From NCBI GenBank assembly GCA_013373265.1, contig JABXIC010000077.1, positions 1-63,803 of the forward strand: a stretch of DNA of 63,803 nt. Reading direction: 5' to 3'. How positions within the stretch are numbered: the stretch's first letter is position 1; each line of letters begins with the position of its first letter. Made by a program: the position numbers and the translations under genes. A model generated the notes under the pieces. The model saw nothing but the letters and a program-made list of their open reading frames with translations, searched no databases and was not told the origin of the DNA. This document shows positions 58,614 through 63,803 of this stretch, one piece after another. This DNA comes from Methylocystaceae bacterium (GTDB taxonomy: Bacteria; Pseudomonadota; Alphaproteobacteria; Rhodospirillales; Terasakiellaceae).

Positions 58614-60009
58614 TTTGGAACAGGTGGAACGGCGAGATTGTATAATCGCATTTATAATTTGTGTGGTGACTGTTTTTGTACTGTTTTACTTGAAATATCC
58701 TCAACGATTGCCCTATGGCGATGAATATGAATATCTTGGATATGCTTATGGTGTCTTCAAGTTCGGTATATTCGGGCAAGTTAAGCAATTGAATGTTACT
58801 CCTGATGTGGATTTGTTTTTTCCACCAGTTTACCCCTATTTCTTATCCTTCATGATGTATCTGGATGATGGATTGGTCAAAACATTTGAATGTGTGTTGA
58901 GCGATATGGGTACGGGTACATTGGGGGCATATCAGTCAAAAGCAGATTGCACCCCTGATTATAACCTGGTAATCGGGGCTCAGGTACTGATGTCAGCTGT
59001 GACAATCTTTTTTGTTTGGTTGACAGCTTTGCGTCTTGGAAATGGATCAAAAAAAATCGCTTATTTTACGGCATTTTTAGCAGTTGTTTCGAAGGTGAGC
59101 TATTCTTATGCCAATTTCTTTTTGACAGAAACATCGACTCTCTTTTTGGCTGCGGGGTTAGGGTGGTCTTTGGTTTGGCTCTGGCAGGAATGCACGGCTA
59201 AATCTGCGCTTGCTTGCGGTGTGTTTTTTGCCATTTTAGTCATGACACGGGCGGGTTGGAGTTATGCGATCCTTGTGATGGTTCCGATCCTTCTGACTTT
59301 GGCTTTATTGTCTTGGAAAGAAAAAGGGGTAAAGGCTTTTTTACCTTTGATTGTTTTTTTATGTGTGTATGGATCTGCTTTGACACCTTGGCTTTTGCGC
59401 AATGCGATCATCTTTGACACACCTAGTCTGACGGGTGGCTATAGTGATCGTATCTTAACCCATCGGGTCCCTTATAATTTGATGACAACAGATGAAATGA
59501 TAGCTGCTTATGTCTATTGGTTGCCGGATTTTGGCGATAGCTTGGCGGCTACATTATTTCCTAAAGGGCAATATGAACGGTTGGATTTCAACGCATCTAA
59601 TGGGTTTTTTCAAGGTGCACGCTACAAGATGATGGCCGAGGCGAACAGTAAACGAGGTGATCAATCACTCTTTGATTATCTTCTCGAACATGAGGTTGTC
59701 GGTAATCTAGGACAGCATGTGGCGGTGACCATGGCGCTTGTGTCACGCGGGATGTGGGTTGGTAAATATTGGGGGCTTGTAGCTTGGATGTTTTACCTGC
59801 CGCTTTTGGTGTTTGCCCTCTATAAGAGATGGGGAAGTTTCATTGTGGTATCATTGCCACCGCTGTTTATTCTAGGTTTAAGTGCGTTCGTATCTGTCAG
59901 TATCCCACGTTATAATTTGGCTCTTATCCCTGTTCTTTCCTTCTCTGTTGCTTATGTTTTGGCACAAGCAGTAGAAAAATTTAAAAATTTACGAAGGGCA
60001 ACCGGATAA
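58600..60009 (+). CDS. Polytopic membrane protein, GT-C (ArnT/PMT-like) glycosyltransferase candidate
   Basis: Multiple TMs with DEYEY in the first loop, PPVYPYFL, LTE, TR, PWLLRN and PRY motifs. Confidence 0.7.
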   Translation: MLQNNLEQVERRDCIIAFIICVVTVFVLFYLKYPQRLPYGDEYEYLGYAYGVFKFGIFGQVKQLNVTPDVDLFFPPVYPYFLSFMMYLDDGLVKTFECVLSDMGTGTLGAYQSKADCTPDYNLVIGAQVLMSAVTIFFVWLTALRLGNGSKKIAYFTAFLAVVSKVSYSYANFFLTETSTLFLAAGLGWSLVWLWQECTAKSALACGVFFAILVMTRAGWSYAILVMVPILLTLALLSWKEKGVKAFLPLIVFLCVYGSALTPWLLRNAIIFDTPSLTGGYSDRILTHRVPYNLMTTDEMIAAYVYWLPDFGDSLAATLFPKGQYERLDFNASNGFFQGARYKMMAEANSKRGDQSLFDYLLEHEVVGNLGQHVAVTMALVSRGMWVGKYWGLVAWMFYLPLLVFALYKRWGSFIVVSLPPLFILGLSAFVSVSIPRYNLALIPVLSFSVAYVLAQAVEKFKNLRRATG

Positions 60010-60089
60010 AGTCTATAGTCATTGACCCTATCTGAATACCATCGCATAAAGACACAAATGAGATTTGCACAGAAAGGCAAATGTAAAAA

Positions 60090-61079
60090 ATGACGAAAGT
60101 TGGTGTAATCGGGGCCGGGGCCTGGGGGACGGCTTTGGCTTGTGCAGCAAAGCGTGGTGATAATGATGTGTTGCTGCAAGCCCATGAGCCAGACGTGGCG
60201 GAAATCATAAACAGAAGCCATGTGAATCCGACATATCTGCCCAATATAAACTTGGACCCCAATATTCGTGCGACGACCAATTTAATAGATGTGGTGGATA
60301 GTGATGTGGTGTTGCTGGTTGCGCCTGCCCAATATGTGCGTGAAACCTGCAAACAGTTAAAAGCGATCTGGCATGACGGCACGCCCATTTTGGTTTGTGC
60401 CAAAGGGATTGAACTGGATAGCGGCCAAATCATGAGTGAAGTTCTGGAAGAAGAACTGCCCGGTGTGATGATTGGCATTTTATCAGGCCCCACGTTTGCC
60501 ACTGAAGTTGCCAATGGTTTGCCATCAGCTTGTACATTGGCCATGCACGATATGGATAAAGCCATGGAAATTGGCAAAATCATTGGTTCAGACCGTTTTC
60601 GCATTTACGCCAGTGATGATGTCATTGGGGCGCAAATCGGCGGGGCGGTGAAAAACGTGTTGGCCATTGCCAGCGGGATGGCGTCCGGTAAAGGCTTTGG
60701 CGATAATGCACGCGCGGCTCTGATCACACGTGGCATCTCAGAACTTGTCCGCCTTGCTGTGGTGAAAGGTGCAAAGCCTGAAACTTTGATGGGTCTGTCA
60801 GGTATGGGGGATTTGACCCTGACTTGTAATTCCATGCAGTCGCGTAACTTCTCTTTGGGGTTTGCGTTGGGCCAAGGTCAACAGCTGAATGATATTTTGA
60901 ACAGCCGCAAAGCGGTGATCGAAGGTGTTTTTACTGCCCGCTCGGTCTGTAAACTGGCAGCGCGTTTAAAAGTGGAAATGCCCATCTGTACGGCCGTGAA
61001 TCAGGTTTTGAATGAAGGGGCAGACATCAATACTGTTGTTGATGATTTGTTGTCCCGACCCTTTAAAGAGGAAATTTAA
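60090..61079 (+). CDS. gpsA: NAD(P)H-dependent glycerol-3-phosphate dehydrogenase
   Basis: GAGAWGTALA, KGIE, LSGPTFA, GGAVKNV, GDNARAALITRG, GLSGMGDL..TC...SRN. Confidence 0.96.
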   Translation: MTKVGVIGAGAWGTALACAAKRGDNDVLLQAHEPDVAEIINRSHVNPTYLPNINLDPNIRATTNLIDVVDSDVVLLVAPAQYVRETCKQLKAIWHDGTPILVCAKGIELDSGQIMSEVLEEELPGVMIGILSGPTFATEVANGLPSACTLAMHDMDKAMEIGKIIGSDRFRIYASDDVIGAQIGGAVKNVLAIASGMASGKGFGDNARAALITRGISELVRLAVVKGAKPETLMGLSGMGDLTLTCNSMQSRNFSLGFALGQGQQLNDILNSRKAVIEGVFTARSVCKLAARLKVEMPICTAVNQVLNEGADINTVVDDLLSRPFKEEI

Positions 61080-61080
61080 T

Positions 61081-61365
61081 ATGCTTTATGTGGTGAAATG
61101 TGTCGATAAACCGAACCATTTACAAGTGCGTCTGGATAACCGTCCGGCCCATGTGGAATTTTTAAAATCCTATGGCGATAAGTTGTTTGCTGCCGGTCCG
61201 ACCTTGTCTGATGAAGATGATACCATGAATGGGTCGGTCGTCATATTGGACCTAGAAAGCAAAGATCAGGCACAGGAATTTTGCGACAATGACCCTTATG
61301 CAAAAGCCGGATTATTTGAATCGGTGAGCATTTCCAAATGGAAAAAAGTGCTCCCCGCCGATTAA
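61081..61365 (+). CDS. yciI: YciI family protein
   Basis: DKP...R...RPAH..FL, AGP, GS, NDPY..AGLF. Start moved to ATG 61081 (GAGGA RBS). Confidence 0.9.
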   Translation: MLYVVKCVDKPNHLQVRLDNRPAHVEFLKSYGDKLFAAGPTLSDEDDTMNGSVVILDLESKDQAQEFCDNDPYAKAGLFESVSISKWKKVLPAD

Positions 61366-61407
61366 TCTTATCCTGATTTAGAAAAATAACTAAGGAGCCT
61401 GTGCGCG

Positions 61408-61749
61408 ATGGCTGAGCAGTATCTTTGTGATTTTAATGATGTGGCCGAAGAAGACAGCAAAGAATTTTTCATAGAGCTGAATGGGCAAGAGCAGTCCATT
61501 CTGGCGGTCAAGAAAGATGGCATATTCAATGTGTTCGTGAATAAATGCCCCCATATTGGCGTACCGATGAATTTGGAGCCGGACCGATTCTTGGATTCTG
61601 AAAAGAATTTCATCATGTGTTCGACCCATGGCGCACTTTTTAAAATGGATGATGGGGAATGTGTCCATGGCCCCTGTTTGGGGCAACATCTCACGCCTGT
61701 GCCTTTTCACCTTCAAGGGCAAGAAGTCTTTATAGCCAAGGACTTGTAA
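61408..61749 (+). CDS. Rieske (2Fe-2S) ferredoxin-like protein
   Basis: NKCPH...MCSTHGALF...GECVHGPC; AAGGAG RBS. Confidence 0.92.
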   Translation: MAEQYLCDFNDVAEEDSKEFFIELNGQEQSILAVKKDGIFNVFVNKCPHIGVPMNLEPDRFLDSEKNFIMCSTHGALFKMDDGECVHGPCLGQHLTPVPFHLQGQEVFIAKDL

Positions 61750-61971
61750 AAGGTTTCCCACACACTTCGTAGGGATGCTTCTTTGGGTCGTAATCGGTAA
61801 CACCAATTTTAAAACTTTGTTGCGCGCAATAACGATGATTTATTCACTTGTTTCGCGCGAAGTTTCTGACATAATCAGGCCACGGTGCACGTAAATGCAG
61901 CGTATTTAATCCGAAGCACGAATTTAATAACGTGCTCATAACTCGACACATCTAGGGAGATTCGCAAAGAA

Positions 61972-63803
61972 ATGTCCGACATTTACCCCGTTAATCCAGA
62001 ACTGGCCGCGAAAGCGCATGTTGACAACGATAAATATCTGGAAATGTATAAGCAATCCGTGGAAGATCCAGATGCATTCTGGGGCGAACATGGTAAGCGG
62101 ATCGATTGGTTCAAGCCTTATACCAAAGTTAAAAATTCCTCATTTGATGGCAATGTAGAGATCAAATGGTTTGAAGACGGCACCACGAACGTCGCTTACA
62201 ACTGTTTGGACCGTCACCTCGAAAAACGTGGTGATCAGGTTGCTATCATTTGGGAAGGTGACGACCCATCTGAATCTGAAAATATCACGTATAAAGAATT
62301 ACACGCACGCGTTTGTAAATTGGCAAATGCCATGAAAGCACGCGGTGTTGGCAAAGGTGACCGTGTCACTCTTTACTTGCCGATGATTCCGGAAGCAGCA
62401 GTGGCGATGTTGGCTTGTGCACGCATTGGTGCCATCCACTCTATCGTTTTTGGTGGTTTTTCGCCGGATGCATTGGGTGATCGTATCAAAGGGTGTGAAG
62501 CCAAATGCGTGATTACCGCTGATGAAGGTTTGCGTGGCGGCCGTAAGGTTCCCTTGAAAGCTAATGCTGATGAAGCGATGGAAAAATTTGATGTGGAAAC
62601 TTGTATCGTTGTGAAACGTACCGGTGGCGACATCAACATGAAAGAGGGTCGCGACCTGTGGTATGAAGAAATCACCGCAGCGGCTTCTGCTGATTGCCCG
62701 GCAGAAGAAATGAACGCAGAAGATCCGCTGTTCATCCTTTATACGTCTGGTTCAACAGGCATGCCGAAAGGTGTCCAACACACCACAGGCGGGTATTTGG
62801 TCTATGCGTCTATGACGCACCAATATGTCTTTGATTACCACGACGGCGACATTTACTGGTGTACAGCGGATGTGGGTTGGGTGACAGGTCACTCTTACAT
62901 CGTTTACGGTCCGTTGGCGAACGGTGCGACCACATTGATGTTTGAAGGTGTGCCGAACTACCCGTCAACATCACGTTTCTGGGAAGTTTGCGATAAGCAT
63001 AAAGTAAATATTTTCTATACAGCACCGACGGCGATCCGCTCGCTGATGCGCGAAGGCAATGGTCCGGTTGAAAAATGTTCACTTGATACTTTGCGTGTCC
63101 TGGGTTCTGTGGGTGAACCGATCAACCCGGAAGCCTGGAACTGGTACAACGAAGTTGTCGGTAAAGGGAAATGCCCGATTGTGGATACATGGTGGCAGAC
63201 CGAAACCGGCGGGATTTTGATTACACCGTTGCCGGGTGCAACAGCCTTGAAACCGGGGTCCGCTACACGTCCGTTCTTTGGTGTCCAACCGCAATTGGTG
63301 GATAACGATGGCAACGTGATGGAAGGTGCAACCGAAGGCAACCTGTGTATGATTGACAGTTGGCCGGGCATGATGCGTACGTGTTACGGCGATCATGAGC
63401 GTTTCATCCAGACTTACTTCTCAACCTATAAAGGCAAGTACTTTACCGGGGACGGCGCACGCCGTGATGAAGATGGTTATTACTGGATTACCGGTCGTGT
63501 AGATGACGTGATCAACGTTTCCGGTCACCGTATGGGGACGGCAGAAGTTGAATCGGCTCTCGTGGCCCACCCGAAAGTGGCAGAAGCCGCTGTTGTGGGG
63601 GCACCGCATGAACTTAAAGGCCAAGGCATCTACGTTTACGTCACCTTGAATGCAGGTGAAGAACCGTCTGACGAACTTAAAACCGAGTTGGTCAAATGGG
63701 TCCGTCATGAAATCGGCCCGATTGCGTCACCGGATTGGCTGCAATGGTCACCGGGTCTGCCGAAAACACGTTCTGGTAAAATTATGCGCCGTATCCTGCG
63801 CAA
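61972..63803 (+). CDS. acs: Acetyl-CoA synthetase (partial; runs off the right edge)
   Basis: Not in the ORF track; ATG at 61972 after GGGAGA: MSDIYPV...[15 protein letters not shown]...NCLDRH...[11 protein letters not shown]...[10 protein letters not shown]...[10 protein letters not shown]...[13 protein letters not shown]...[14 protein letters not shown]. Confidence 0.97.
   Translation, partial: MSDIYPVNPELAAKAHVDNDKYLEMYKQSVEDPDAFWGEHGKRIDWFKPYTKVKNSSFDGNVEIKWFEDGTTNVAYNCLDRHLEKRGDQVAIIWEGDDPSESENITYKELHARVCKLANAMKARGVGKGDRVTLYLPMIPEAAVAMLACARIGAIHSIVFGGFSPDALGDRIKGCEAKCVITADEGLRGGRKVPLKANADEAMEKFDVETCIVVKRTGGDINMKEGRDLWYEEITAAASADCPAEEMNAEDPLFILYTSGSTGMPKGVQHTTGGYLVYASMTHQYVFDYHDGDIYWCTADVGWVTGHSYIVYGPLANGATTLMFEGVPNYPSTSRFWEVCDKHKVNIFYTAPTAIRSLMREGNGPVEKCSLDTLRVLGSVGEPINPEAWNWYNEVVGKGKCPIVDTWWQTETGGILITPLPGATALKPGSATRPFFGVQPQLVDNDGNVMEGATEGNLCMIDSWPGMMRTCYGDHERFIQTYFSTYKGKYFTGDGARRDEDGYYWITGRVDDVINVSGHRMGTAEVESALVAHPKVAEAAVVGAPHELKGQGIYVYVTLNAGEEPSDELKTELVKWVRHEIGPIASPDWLQWSPGLPKTRSGKIMRRILR

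Overview
This window is almost entirely one very large surface-glycan biosynthesis locus, which runs off the left edge. It is followed by four housekeeping genes: gpsA, yciI, a Rieske ferredoxin and a partial acs. The housekeeping flank looks alphaproteobacterial, possibly Rhodospirillales-like (low-confidence inference). The left arm (1-43488) is an AT-rich, uninterrupted minus-strand run of about 40 tightly coupled genes. It encodes a legionaminic-acid pathway (legB, legC, neuC/legG, neuD/legH, neuB/legI, neuA/legF, PtmE-like), a second NeuB synthase, four CMP-ulosonate-type cytidylyltransferases and four DegT aminotransferases. It also encodes a KdnB-like Fe-ADH, a PIG-L deacetylase/formyltransferase pair, a Maf/DUF115 protein, a FemAB-like GNAT, two cobalamin-dependent and two SPASM/twitch radical SAM enzymes, an MsbA/PglK-type exporter, several orphan transferase-like proteins and a 71-aa orphan. 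The right arm (43615-60009, plus strand, GC-richer from about 45.5 kb) holds galE, two internally deleted gene relics, GT4s, asnB and wbpBDE. It continues with a polyprenyl-phosphate GT2, a third B12 radical SAM, an Ntn-glutaminase/WbpG-type amidotransferase fusion, Wzx and a GT-C protein. The best candidate for an undescribed system is a radical-SAM and amination tailoring pathway producing heavily modified (C-methylated, extra-aminated, N-formylated or aminoacylated) nonulosonic acids, transferred by non-canonical transferases. Family calls come from motif recognition by eye; no database searches were run. No rRNA, tRNA, CRISPR array or transposase was recognised.
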